A stretch of 56,861 nt of DNA, taken from the NCBI GenBank assembly GCA_002378195.1, contig DFRJ01000002.1, positions 270,816-327,676 on the forward strand, read 5' to 3'. Below are positions 20,001 to 26,798 of this stretch, piece by piece. Both the position numbers and the translations under genes were made by a program. Below the pieces are notes generated by a model. It made no database searches. It worked only from the letters and a program-made list of their open reading frames with translations, and was not told the DNA's origin. Source of the DNA: Patescibacteria group bacterium UBA3466. GTDB lineage: Bacteria > Patescibacteriota > Minisyncoccia > Phycocordibacterales > UBA918. Positions within the stretch are counted from its first letter, which is position 1; the number at the start of each line of letters is the position of its first letter.

Positions 20001-20238
20001 AGAATCGATAGCCAGTCTGATCATCTACAAACACTGTATTGGACTGAGCAATCGTGTGCGAAGGACTAACCGGGCTAGCCGAGCTATCGATAGTCACCGC
20101 GACGGCTTCTGATTCTGGAAACAAAGGAAACTTAAGTAGTGTGTCAAAGTCAGCAAAGATAAAGGTGGCAATAATCAACACTGCAGCAGCAATTCGCATA
20201 CGCAAAAACACACTCTTTTTGTGCCACAAAAAAATCAT
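14059..20238 (-). CDS. 2,059-aa surface protein: Asp-box (BNR) propeller-like N-domain, 2 x module A, 4 x WRNDDG...YCFR modules, WxL-like C-terminal domain ending AVPVF
   Basis: Uninterrupted 6.2-kb ORF with an N-terminal hydrophobic anchor (alternative start M14 at 20199). The Asp-box TTDGGASW lies at 19924-19947. Internal repeats are listed separately. Confidence 0.9.
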   Translation of the reverse strand: MIFLWHKKSVFLRMRIAAAVLIIATFIFADFDTLLKFPLFPESEAVAVTIDSSASPVSPSHTIAQSNTVFVDDQTGYRFYRNGSGGTGTNGTCVYSKTTDGGASWGTEVLVDGQTDCEAVHVWYDRWTPGDTGDYIHISTLDSGNDDIWYNRLDTTSDTLLLGSSPVSAVLSQGSMSISAATANHSLTKSTDGDLFISVSDNADRFVVSCSASCNLSGSWSEVGDGTFMDADEDNTILLPLDSGEIMLINKDISANDIRSKIWDGASWDTSWSVIDSNAVENTTYDIQMSAVRSPLTGDVYLAYIADANNYSSADHDIRIAKYSSGLWSNLSDFVTNDTGGLTSLSLAIDENSDTVYLAYSRRSTIGSASTADVYWATSTAAATSWGSAQGPINSSSGDIFGVTMNYVSDRRIYASWFDADLDDVIGETVANVTPATIVSASGTQAVEVRASTTDVYVGGQFVIEENIGSRNVTNITISENGTVDAANDLSNVKILYDLDTTSPYDCASESFGGAESQFGATDTDGFSGADGTSTFSDTVNITTTQAMCLYVLFDVSGSASDGDLIDIEVSNPATDILVSGSVTAEPAETQSLTGSTTIANSDLTQTHFHWRNDDGNETGATSRTGGVEDTSLLAIQQEIPARLRFGVSNEGSTSSLATSLRLEYALKASTCELATGWTDVGAVDDDWNLSATANFADGDDTTDIGIGVGGVSNENSVFLTPNGGLRDSNSTLGSLTFGVTNWTEVEYSIVASTTATEGNTYCFRLSDAGSPLPSYSAYPEATIEADVTVTSLGSQAGSVDIPTDDFYIGGSFVITENASTRNVTGITITETGTIDASVDVSDIRLFYDLDTSAPYDCNSETYGGGESQFGSTAASFSSANGSTTFNDVLSISTTSTMCAYVVMDVGESGSNGETIDVTIAIASDDVVVSAAGSVSPSSVVDITGSSTLASALVTQSHYHWRNDDGSETLASSATGGAEDTVLEDHGVSSPIRLRIGLSNEGATSSSEASYGLEYGEKVSTCAAIVTWSEVGVGIDWDMYNSGNLTDGNDTTDIAVANGGVSDENSSFLSPNGGIVETDSYSASTTLTENQYVDLEYSIQSTIDTPYESEYCFRVTANGSPLPSYQQYAEVVIEAKRDFRVQRGSNLVSGTGLTLTAGVDYTAPSASTSAFVRIVNSHHTGSGRDAASIGNQNTDDYAAYILDPENIETSFTISRDTDSVSNTFVSWEIVEYIGPVGGDNEMVVRDQGVVSYGTTDTIATGTAVAGISDDADVAVFITGQLHTGGTRNEGYAHQSTAAWSASTDEPVLQRGATGANTGSVSYAVIEFTGLNWRVQRSEHEYTDVGTPQVESITAVNSLARTFLHTQKRYDGDISMANFGHEVWLSSIGAVSYQLVSSATTTGVTHTSVAWVIENLQTGTGEMFVQRSNGSSPTGGAEPLTITLPIATPINDTDNASIFANTALDSVGNQFPRVLAGFEIVSTSSYELWRSDTGNSVIYRTEVVQWPAADLAVRQNYYRFYVDNDALTPTDPWPAGAVDLGELTSITATDEPLIDGDTVRLRMSARVSNATLPADYLEVKLQYAPLVTTCTAVTVWSDVGAPASGEIWRGFNAAGVTDGDSLSGNPPTGGDLLLSVSNRAGRYVESGPAATNEFAVFEGEDIEYDWIIEHNGASQRTTYCFRMIRSDDSLLEGYFFYPELRTDGYTPVVDGWRWYDDETNETPLSPLAGFEVAPTNVEKGNAVKLRVTLDEIKNLPQTDASFKVQFAESPDFSDVQDVVSTSSCLANSVWCYYDGVDTDNDPITTALLAGSESCVGGVGAGCGSHKESDLYLTGIDHLGNEDKEYEFTLQYTNVPRKFGQVYYFRLYDLANDEVIAASSSDPSLAGESTALVFTVNGVDAETSVAGVTTDATSTATTIDFGSLPFNTDVEVAQEINVNTNATEGYSVYKYIDQQPTDSSGNTIDPISGTNAAPVSWIAGCPLMTTSCFGYHTTDATLENSSSRFSPTDSYAAASTSLSEIMFSSVPTNDTETIIYRMRVGVDQPAGDYVTNINYVAVPVF
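14062..14590 (-). other. shared C-terminal domain, type 1 (WxL-like), copy in the 2,059-aa protein
   Basis: LVFTVNGV...TIDFGSLPF...INVNTNATEGYSVYKY...GDYVTNINYVAVPVF-COOH. It is collinear with the tail of the 389-aa protein (FTFTVSGV...EINFGELTD...VETNAQNGFVVTVTA...DDYTATLTYVATPVF-COOH). Confidence 0.6.
14640..15115 (-). repeat. WRNDDG...YCFR-type module, copy 4 of the 2,059-aa protein (divergent)
   Basis: WRWYDDETNETP...AVKLRVTL...FKVQFAES...YYFRLYD. Confidence 0.55.
15140..15695 (-). repeat. WRNDDG...YCFR-type module, copy 3
   Basis: YYRFYVDNDALTP...TVRLRMSARVSN...KLQYAPLVTTCTAVTVWSDVG...IEYDWII...TYCFRMIRSD...YFFYPELRT. Confidence 0.6.
16845..17375 (-). repeat. WRNDDG...YCFR-type module, copy 2
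   Basis: HYHWRNDDGSET...IRLRIGLSNEGATSS...GLEYGEKVSTCAAIVTWSEVG...LEYSIQ...EYCFRVTANGSPLPSYQQYAEVVI. Confidence 0.7.
17380..17880 (-). repeat. module A, copy 2 (~165 aa)
   Basis: FYIGGSFVITENASTRNVTGITITETGTIDASVDVSDIRLFYDLDTSAPYDCNSETYGGGESQFG...TMCAYVVMDV parallels copy 1. Confidence 0.7.
17885..18425 (-). repeat. WRNDDG...YCFR-type module, copy 1
   Basis: HFHWRNDDGNETG...ARLRFGVSNEGSTSS...RLEYALKASTCELATGWTDVG...VEYSIV...TYCFRLSDAGSPLPSYSAYPEATI. Confidence 0.7.
18430..18940 (-). repeat. module A, copy 1 (~165 aa)
   Basis: VYVGGQFVIEENIGSRNVTNITISENGTVDAANDLSNVKILYDLDTTSPYDCASESFGGAESQFG...AMCLYVLFDV. Confidence 0.7.
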
Positions 20239-20345
20239 AACTTGTAACTCTATTCTACTCTAACAACCACCAAAAACAGACCGTTTAGGAGTGGAAAATA
20301 TCCTTTATTTTAAATTGTATATGTATATAAGACACAAGTCTCTCA

Positions 20346-22250
20346 TCATTCAACCGAGTCTTCTACATCTTCTGCTTCGGAAGACGTGGCTGTTTCTGTC
20401 GGGGTAAGTACTAAGTCAAAGTCAGTCAACTCAAAGACTTCTTCGGTTGTGGTTGGAGTTGAGTCAATTTCCTCAACTGCAGCTTCTGAAAAATCATCTG
20501 AAGTTGTAGCAAATTCAGTTACTGGCGACAGACTTAAATCTAATGTGTCGTCTGACTCAACACTTGTGGTTGAAGTAGCAGCTGTACTTGAGCCTGTTGC
20601 GTCAGAAGGATTGGAAGAACCGAGTTCATCAAACTCTTTCTCGTCTTTCTGCGATGATTTATTTTGTATTAAAGCCCTGGTTTCACCGGTTGAGTCGGTG
20701 TTTGGCAACTCTACTGGATCATCTGTCGGTTTAGCAGCGATTGGTTGAGACAGCCCGGTATCTGGGTCGAAACCTTGAGTAATAATGTCACCGTTATCAA
20801 ATTTAGTATCATAAACTAGGACAAAGCGCGGATTGGCAATAACACCACCTTCATAACCGCTAATGCTAAGCGTCTCACCGCTTTCAATTGAGTACACTTT
20901 GGCTTCCTGTTCTTCACTACCTAATACACTCCAAAGGACGTAACCATCATCAATGGTCGGAGCGACATCTTGTGAAATATTATCTGTGAGCTGATCAGTG
21001 TACTTACCATCAAAATACATAATCTCCCAGTCGTTACCGTCCCAGGCTTGCCATACGATACCCACTTCAGAGACCTTTGGCTCCATGTTATTAGTTCTAG
21101 AAAAAGTTAACTGCTTTTCTTCTTCCTCTTCAATATCATAGAGGATAATTTGGAATCTCCCGTCAATCTGACGCTGCCAAACTACTTGCAATGTCTCCGC
21201 ATCATAATGGGGTGACGTGTCATCATGAATATTGTCTGTAAGCTGTCTAATCTCACCATCTGAAGTGCGCAGGAAAATTTCCATATTACCCGACACACCT
21301 AGCTCTGAATATACAATGGCATTAACATCAACTGGTGACTGGGCGTCCAGGCTACAGTGGAACGTGCCGTCACCGATTGCCACACATGCCTTCTTATTGA
21401 ACTGATAATAATTTGCATCAGAAACCAGACTCTCTACTTCAATGACATTTTCGGACACTTCCTCAGATGTGGTTGCAGAAGTGGTGGCCAGATCAGTCTC
21501 TAACACCTCTTCTGTTGTGGTACTGGTTTCGTCATCATTGTCCTCTGCTGAGGTGCTCTCACCATCTGTTTCGGCTTCTGTTTCAATATCATCTTCATCG
21601 GAATCACCACCAGAGCCGCCGGTGGTCGATCCTTCATCATTATCATCACTATTACTATCTTCACTTGTACCGGTAGACTGCTCTGAAGAAGTGGCTGATG
21701 AGGTAGATACTCCGGTATCAACAATCTGTTCATCAGTTGAGGTTGCACTAGTTTCATCTTCAACCACATCCTCTTCCTCACTATCATCTACCACACCCTC
21801 AGTAGATGAAGCTTGGCCATCATTCTCCTGATCATCATCACTTGGCAGTTCTGGATCTTCTGATTCAGACTCGCTCTCATCCTCTTCCGTTACGACCTCG
21901 TCTGACCCGTCTGACTCTTCTTCACTAACATTATCAGATTCGACATCACCCTCTACAGGATCATCTTCCACATCTATATCTTCAACAGTACCAACACCTT
22001 CGTCTTCAGACTCGTCGGTGGCTTCGTGTTCCTTCACATCATCTGCCACCACATCGTCTCCAGCTTCTTCGTCTTTAATTATCAAATCCTCAATCGGTTC
22101 ACTAGCAAAAGCCTGGTGTACAGGCTGCACCATGAAAGAAGCAAACAAGAAGCAAACAAGAAGCACGCTAAAAGTACTGTTGAAGACAACATTGTAAATA
22201 AACGCGGCTTGCCGCTTATGATTAAAATTTTGAATTGGTTTATATAGCAT
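20346..22250 (-). CDS. membrane-anchored protein with ~230-aa D/E/S/T low-complexity region and PD40/TolB-like beta-propeller repeats
   Basis: 634 aa with an N-terminal anchor (FSVLLVCFLFASFMV). An acidic tract spans roughly aa 60-290. Repeats of the form ..EI(F/Y)...G...QLTDN..D..P.....VVWQ occur at least 4 times. The tail is acidic and S/T-rich. Confidence 0.75.
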   Translation of the reverse strand: MLYKPIQNFNHKRQAAFIYNVVFNSTFSVLLVCFLFASFMVQPVHQAFASEPIEDLIIKDEEAGDDVVADDVKEHEATDESEDEGVGTVEDIDVEDDPVEGDVESDNVSEEESDGSDEVVTEEDESESESEDPELPSDDDQENDGQASSTEGVVDDSEEEDVVEDETSATSTDEQIVDTGVSTSSATSSEQSTGTSEDSNSDDNDEGSTTGGSGGDSDEDDIETEAETDGESTSAEDNDDETSTTTEEVLETDLATTSATTSEEVSENVIEVESLVSDANYYQFNKKACVAIGDGTFHCSLDAQSPVDVNAIVYSELGVSGNMEIFLRTSDGEIRQLTDNIHDDTSPHYDAETLQVVWQRQIDGRFQIILYDIEEEEEKQLTFSRTNNMEPKVSEVGIVWQAWDGNDWEIMYFDGKYTDQLTDNISQDVAPTIDDGYVLWSVLGSEEQEAKVYSIESGETLSISGYEGGVIANPRFVLVYDTKFDNGDIITQGFDPDTGLSQPIAAKPTDDPVELPNTDSTGETRALIQNKSSQKDEKEFDELGSSNPSDATGSSTAATSTTSVESDDTLDLSLSPVTEFATTSDDFSEAAVEEIDSTPTTTEEVFELTDFDLVLTPTETATSSEAEDVEDSVE

Positions 22251-22295
22251 TATCGAATGCTAGCAGGAAGGCATAGCACCTCCCTTAATTATAAT

Positions 22296-22320
22296 AATAC
22301 CAACCTTTTAGGTTGGTATT
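22296..22320 (-). terminator. perfect 10-bp hairpin downstream of the 247-aa gene (terminator-like, weak U-tract)
   Basis: Minus strand: AATACCAACC-taaaa-GGTTGGTATT followed by ATTATAATT. It lies 26 nt after the stop at 22346. Confidence 0.5.
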
Positions 22321-22345
22321 ACAGGCTTTTCAACAGAAAATCTAT

Positions 22346-23089
22346 CTAAAAAAAGTAATTAGCCAGGATAATTGAGAAATCCCTGAAGCTCATGCGCCCA
22401 TCACCGTTAAAATCGTATAGAATGTCCTTATTACGCCAGGCGCCCATGAATGCACTTATATCCTTCAAGGATACCTTACCGTCACCATCAAGATCAGTTA
22501 CCAAGTTCACCTCGGCTATCACGCCAATACTGTCCGGGCTGGTATTCTCGTCATAAACATAAAGGCTAACAGACGAATCGGTAGCTTCTGCTACCGCCAC
22601 TTGCGTGCCCTCACCATCACCTGCCAGCAAAACAACATCAGTGGCCGAGAAGACTTCTTGACCGGTTTTCTTAGCAGTAAGGTTGATCGTAGCAATGAGA
22701 TGCTCGCTCAAAAAGCCCCGTCGGTAAGTGCCTCCCCTCAAAATCACTTTGCCTGATTCTATAATAGGCTCTTGCGCCCATATAGTAAGAACTGACTGAC
22801 CTCTGTCTACACCGTCAACAGTAAAAGCTGACTCATCAAACTGAAGAGTGATGTCGACAGCATTAACTGGCACATGTGCATGGGCATATACATCGACTGA
22901 AAATTGTTTGCCTGCTTCAATTACGGTCTCAGAAGTCTCAAGCCTAACAAAAGAGACTTCAGTGGTGGTAATAACTGACGCCCCCAAAAGAGCTACGAAA
23001 GAAGCAATAGCGGGAAACATGTAACGCACAGTTCCTCTCCTTGATCTTTTGATGCTTAGAGATTTTATAAACTGTGAAATATACTTCAT
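22346..23089 (-). CDS. cohesin-like plus dockerin adaptor protein
   Basis: 247 aa with an N-terminal anchor. The cohesin-like core FSVDVYAHAHVPVNAVDITLQFDESAFTV...LTIWAQEP... is paralogous to the 583-aa and 363-aa ORFs. The C-terminus has two Ca-loop/helix repeats, DLDGDGKVSLKDISAFMGAW and DFNGDGRMSFRDFSIILANY. Confidence 0.8.
   Translation of the reverse strand: MKYISQFIKSLSIKRSRRGTVRYMFPAIASFVALLGASVITTTEVSFVRLETSETVIEAGKQFSVDVYAHAHVPVNAVDITLQFDESAFTVDGVDRGQSVLTIWAQEPIIESGKVILRGGTYRRGFLSEHLIATINLTAKKTGQEVFSATDVVLLAGDGEGTQVAVAEATDSSVSLYVYDENTSPDSIGVIAEVNLVTDLDGDGKVSLKDISAFMGAWRNKDILYDFNGDGRMSFRDFSIILANYFF
22349..22500 (-). other. dockerin-like module (two EF-hand-like D-x-[DN]-x-[DN]-G-x(5)-D repeats)
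   Basis: DLDGDGKVSLKD and DFNGDGRMSFRD, each followed by an amphipathic helix. Confidence 0.7.
22564..22957 (-). other. cohesin-like module (247-aa protein)
   Basis: It shares the pattern ...F.V.V......VNA.D..I.F......V......S....W...P......I.F.GG...G with modules at 25040-25442 and 26218-26563. Confidence 0.6.
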
Positions 23090-23093
23090 GGTT

Positions 23094-23780
23094 TTATGAA
23101 GACGTTAGTCTGGCCCTGATGTCAGAAGCTTGAATATTACCAACCAGCATACTCTCCTTCACCTGACTGACCTCCTGCAAAATAGTAACAATTTCTTCCG
23201 AATCCGAAGCTTTACCTTCAAGCAATCTATCAATAATGTCCTCTTGTAGGTCTACCAATGTAGAAAAATGTTCTGCTTGAGTTTTCTCGGCTGCTAAAAG
23301 AGCAGTCCAATCAGAAAGCGCATACTGACCGGTATTACTTTCGCCTGTCATTTCGCTCAGCAAACCGACATAGACTTCGTAGAGCGCTAATTCTCGATCA
23401 AAAACATAAATACTTAATGACCTTTGATCAGCGAAGTAACTACCGCAGCCAATAAAGAGCGTATCTAGTTCCAGCAATTCTTCCCTGCTTAAATTATCGT
23501 CAAGCGAGTCTAACAATCCTTCAAACCGATTCCTGTTAGTGACGGAACAATCTTTCACGATGTCGGACACCTCATCTATCGGAGTATTGCGAGAAATTGA
23601 ATTAGCGATACTAAGTAAAAGTTCTGACTGATCATCAGTCCGGTCAGACATTTGCTGAACCATCTCCTCATGCTTGCCATCAGTTTGGTGGTTTGCAGAA
23701 AAATATACCCCAGTCAACGCAACCACAATCAGCAATACAACCTTGCAACTAAATACTGAATTCCTCTTTGATTTATCCAT
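23094..23780 (-). CDS. hypothetical membrane-anchored, helical protein
   Basis: 228-aa ORF with an N-terminal TM (VVLLIVVALTGVYF). Gaps to the flanking genes are 3-4 nt. I recognised no family. Confidence 0.65.
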   Translation of the reverse strand: MDKSKRNSVFSCKVVLLIVVALTGVYFSANHQTDGKHEEMVQQMSDRTDDQSELLLSIANSISRNTPIDEVSDIVKDCSVTNRNRFEGLLDSLDDNLSREELLELDTLFIGCGSYFADQRSLSIYVFDRELALYEVYVGLLSEMTGESNTGQYALSDWTALLAAEKTQAEHFSTLVDLQEDIIDRLLEGKASDSEEIVTILQEVSQVKESMLVGNIQASDIRARLTSS

Positions 23781-23783
23781 ATC

Positions 23784-25535
23784 TTAATTATTATTCTTTC
23801 GTGATAACTCTGTAATGTCGGTGATCTCTTTCTCTACTTTCTTTTGTGAGGACTGTAGTGCCTTATCCAAGACCTCAACCATTTCAGATTCTGCCTTGGT
23901 AAGCTTCTTAGTCTTCCTTGATGCCTGCATAGCAGACTCTTGGTCACGCAAGGTGGTCTGCAGGTCTGCAAATTCACGTCGCAAAATTTCCATAGCTTCT
24001 GTTGACTCAACTCGCACCCGCTTCCTAAACTTTCTTGAATACAAAACGAGGTACCAAAAGGCAATTATGGCAACTCCGAGCAAAACAATCAGTGGGATAA
24101 TTACTGAAAGAATGCTCACAATGAATGACCCGATTCTAATAAAGCCAGTTTCTTGAACAGCAATTCTAGCAATATCTGACATCTCACTCTGAGCCCCATT
24201 TTGATCTGTGGCAATTGCGTATATTTCATAAACTCCGTTAACAAACGTCCCTTCTGGAATAAAGACAAATTGCCCATTCTGATCACTGTTTACAGTGTAT
24301 GTAGTCGCCTCAGATCCCAACCTGGTCAAGGTGATCTCAACTGCTGAGTTTGGTTTTGTATTACCCTTAATTACCGGGATAACTTGCGGATTAATTTCGG
24401 TAGGAACATCGGTGAAAACTGGTTTATCAAAGGATACGACGGTAAAGGTGTATGTACCCACGATACTGTTACCAGCCTGGTCAAATGCTTCTATGATGAC
24501 GCTCTTAAAACCAGGTTCCAATCCCTCAATCACTACCGTACTTGAACCAGTTTCGTCAATGTACTCAAACGGATCCTGTCCATCGATGACCACCTTGTAA
24601 CGATTTACATCAGTAGTTTCATCCTCTGTAACAACCCTCAGCACCTGTGTCGGGTTGGAAAGATCTGCGTTCTCATCGTGCGAGATGTGAATGCTAGTAG
24701 GAGCTTTTGTGTCTACCCTGAGTGGATAATGATTGACTCTGCCCCAGCCTTCAGCATTACGGAACTGTAGATGTAAATAGGTAATACCATCTTCCAAGTC
24801 AGATAAGGTGATTTCAGATATTGGCGTATCGTAGACCTTGGTAGGAACTGATGTTGGATTATCGTTCAGGAGAGTTCTTACACTTGTCACGTCTGGCGGT
24901 AAGCTCCATGACAACACGGCCTCAGTTTTATTACTCCACTCATCTATCGGGTGAGTATCAGACTTAATGATTGGTCGACTAGGAGTGTTTGCAGCTGCAA
25001 TGTACTCGATCACTTCCGGTTCTGGTGCCACGGCTGTTGCTTGAATAGTATAATTTGCACTATTCATTGAAGTCAGAATATTTGTACCTCTACCATCATT
25101 AGCCAGAACGGATCCGGTCTGAAAACTCACTCTTGAAGACCCTGAACCCTTAGTTCTAAAGGTAACTGTCATGATGCGTCCAGCTGATCCGGTATAACCT
25201 GACGGTAGTCCTCCACTAAAATTTATCGTTCCGGCTGAATTCGAAAAAGTTGGTTCAGCCACCCAAAGGTTGAAGATTGATCCAGATCGATTAACCGACA
25301 CTACTGATAATTCATTAGGATTAAATGAAATGACCCCATCTGCGGCGTTGACTGGCTGCCCTCCAGTATTTACATTCACACTAACTGTAAAAGTGGTATT
25401 CGAAGTATAGACACCTGTACTAGGTGATATCGACAATGAAGCAGCTTGCGCGTAGGTTACACATAAAAACCATAAACCTAGCAAAGCACCTACCTTAGTG
25501 ACAAATTTAAATGAGGATAAAGCTTGATTAAACAT
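23784..25535 (-). CDS. membrane-anchored cohesin-like scaffold protein with Ig/FN3-like domains and a cytoplasmic coiled-coil tail
   Basis: 583 aa. The signal peptide ends ...TYAQA. The cohesin-like core is ASLSISPSTGVYTSNTTFTVSVNVNTGGQPVNAADGVISFNPNELSVVSV..SIFNLWVAEPTF..GTINFSGGLPSGYTG. Several beta-sandwich domains follow, then the TM IVSILSVIIPLIVLLGVAIIAFWYLVL and a charged helical tail. Confidence 0.8.
   Translation of the reverse strand: MFNQALSSFKFVTKVGALLGLWFLCVTYAQAASLSISPSTGVYTSNTTFTVSVNVNTGGQPVNAADGVISFNPNELSVVSVNRSGSIFNLWVAEPTFSNSAGTINFSGGLPSGYTGSAGRIMTVTFRTKGSGSSRVSFQTGSVLANDGRGTNILTSMNSANYTIQATAVAPEPEVIEYIAAANTPSRPIIKSDTHPIDEWSNKTEAVLSWSLPPDVTSVRTLLNDNPTSVPTKVYDTPISEITLSDLEDGITYLHLQFRNAEGWGRVNHYPLRVDTKAPTSIHISHDENADLSNPTQVLRVVTEDETTDVNRYKVVIDGQDPFEYIDETGSSTVVIEGLEPGFKSVIIEAFDQAGNSIVGTYTFTVVSFDKPVFTDVPTEINPQVIPVIKGNTKPNSAVEITLTRLGSEATTYTVNSDQNGQFVFIPEGTFVNGVYEIYAIATDQNGAQSEMSDIARIAVQETGFIRIGSFIVSILSVIIPLIVLLGVAIIAFWYLVLYSRKFRKRVRVESTEAMEILRREFADLQTTLRDQESAMQASRKTKKLTKAESEMVEVLDKALQSSQKKVEKEITDITELSRKNNN
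25040..25442 (-). other. cohesin-like module (583-aa protein)
   Basis: See the CDS evidence above. Assignment is by motif recall only. Confidence 0.6.
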
Positions 25536-25546
25536 AATAATTAAAA

Positions 25547-26638
25547 CTATTCGTCCAACTCCTCGTCAGGAGCAATTTCTTTAGCCTGACTCTCAAATTC
25601 TTCATCATGATATTCGTCTACATTTGTCACCGCTTCTTGTCGACGCTTTCTTATATACATCACAATACCCACCAAAACCGAGACAGCGACCAATGCTGTG
25701 AATACAATCAACATTAAATTAATCAGCTGCGAGTTAGACATTGAGCGTAGTGAATCGTCAGGCACGATTGTCGCAACGTACTCATTGCCAGCCTTATCAA
25801 GCGCACGAACTCTAATAATACTATTTAGGCTTTGGTCTTCTAGCACATATGGACTCACAGCATCAACCCAAGGAGCATCTGCTCTTCCCCACTCAAATGA
25901 GGCAAATTGAGTATTCGGTTCTTCCATTACCTGGTAGCGGTCAATCCCAGTTTGCTTATCTACGGTATTGAAGACTATGTAGTATCGGTCAGTAAACTTT
26001 AGACCGCTACCTTTCTCAAGAATAATACTAAATTCTTCTGGTGGAATATCGTCAGCGTCAATCTCATCCTGCCAGTCATTTGCAATGTTAGGACTTACTT
26101 CATCGATCAGATTAATGCTTGCGGGAAGTAATCTAAGGCCAGCCTTTGTACCTCTACCATCATTCAAATAAGCAACGCTATCTTCAGTAAACTCGATAGT
26201 TGCCTCATTACTGTCATTAGTTCGCCCGATCACAAATCCTGGTGATCGAAACACAAGTTCAGCCAGCACATTGGTTAGACGAGGGTCACCAGCAACTCTT
26301 CCGCAGTATCCATTTGGTATACCGCCAGCAAACGTAATTGTTCTATTTTCCTTGTTGATTACTGGTCTTTCCACCCAAATACTAAAAATGGAACCGCCGA
26401 TAGAGACGTCAACCGGATCAATATTGTCTGGATACGATATCACTGTATCAACTGCGTTGACGCACTCCCCAGTCTCCTCGTCTACATCCAGGCGCACGGA
26501 CAGGGTCACGGCATCGCCGCGATACAGATTGCTAAAGGGCGGGTCAATATAAAGAGAGGCCGCTTGAGATAAATGCGGCAACAATAGGCCCACTAAAACC
26601 ATAAATAGAAAAACTCTCCCTTTTAACATAAGTTCCAT
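25547..26638 (-). CDS. membrane-anchored cohesin-like protein
   Basis: 363 aa with a signal peptide. The cohesin-like core is ASLYIDPPFSNLYRGDAVTLSVRLDVDEETGECVNAVDTVISYPDNIDPVDV..SIFSIWVERPVI..RTITFAGGIPNGYCG. An Ig-like domain follows, then the TM LMLIVFTALVAVSVLVGIVMYI and an acidic tail. Confidence 0.8.
   Translation of the reverse strand: MELMLKGRVFLFMVLVGLLLPHLSQAASLYIDPPFSNLYRGDAVTLSVRLDVDEETGECVNAVDTVISYPDNIDPVDVSIGGSIFSIWVERPVINKENRTITFAGGIPNGYCGRVAGDPRLTNVLAELVFRSPGFVIGRTNDSNEATIEFTEDSVAYLNDGRGTKAGLRLLPASINLIDEVSPNIANDWQDEIDADDIPPEEFSIILEKGSGLKFTDRYYIVFNTVDKQTGIDRYQVMEEPNTQFASFEWGRADAPWVDAVSPYVLEDQSLNSIIRVRALDKAGNEYVATIVPDDSLRSMSNSQLINLMLIVFTALVAVSVLVGIVMYIRKRRQEAVTNVDEYHDEEFESQAKEIAPDEELDE
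26218..26563 (-). other. cohesin-like module (363-aa protein)
   Basis: See the CDS evidence above. Confidence 0.6.
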
Positions 26639-26647
26639 TGTGTAGTT

Positions 26648-26656
26648 ATTATAGCA
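26648..26656 (-). promoter_or_regulatory. extended -10 element TGCTATAAT, 9 nt upstream of the 363-aa ATG
   Basis: Minus strand reads ggttgTTGCTATAATaactacacaATG. It lies downstream of the terminator at 26730-26766. It implies a very short or absent leader, or use of M4 at 26629. Confidence 0.4.
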
Positions 26657-26729
26657 ACAACCAATTCCTATTATTATCTCCTGTACACATAGTTAATGTT
26701 TGAATGTATGTTGTGGAATGTACAGATAC

Positions 26730-26766
26730 AAAAAACCCCTCTCGTGGTGGGAGATAGGGTTTTTTG
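26730..26766 (-). terminator. intrinsic terminator after the 389-aa gene
   Basis: Minus strand: AAAAAACCCTATCTCCCaccacGAGAGGGGTTTTTTG, an interrupted GC-rich stem followed by T6. It lies about 35 nt after the stop at 26799. Confidence 0.75.
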
Positions 26767-26798
26767 TCTTTTAACTCCAAGCTTAGAGCCAATATTCG

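Noticed and set aside
20239-20345. A third copy of the TTGTGCATAACT/GTACAATAT promoter motif upstream of the 2,059-aa gene (minus strand TTGTGTCTTATAtacataTACAATtt).
   Set aside because: Only TTGTG and TACAAT are shared, and the spacing is 12 nt rather than 23-24 nt. This is not convincing as the same element, although it may still be a -10 box.
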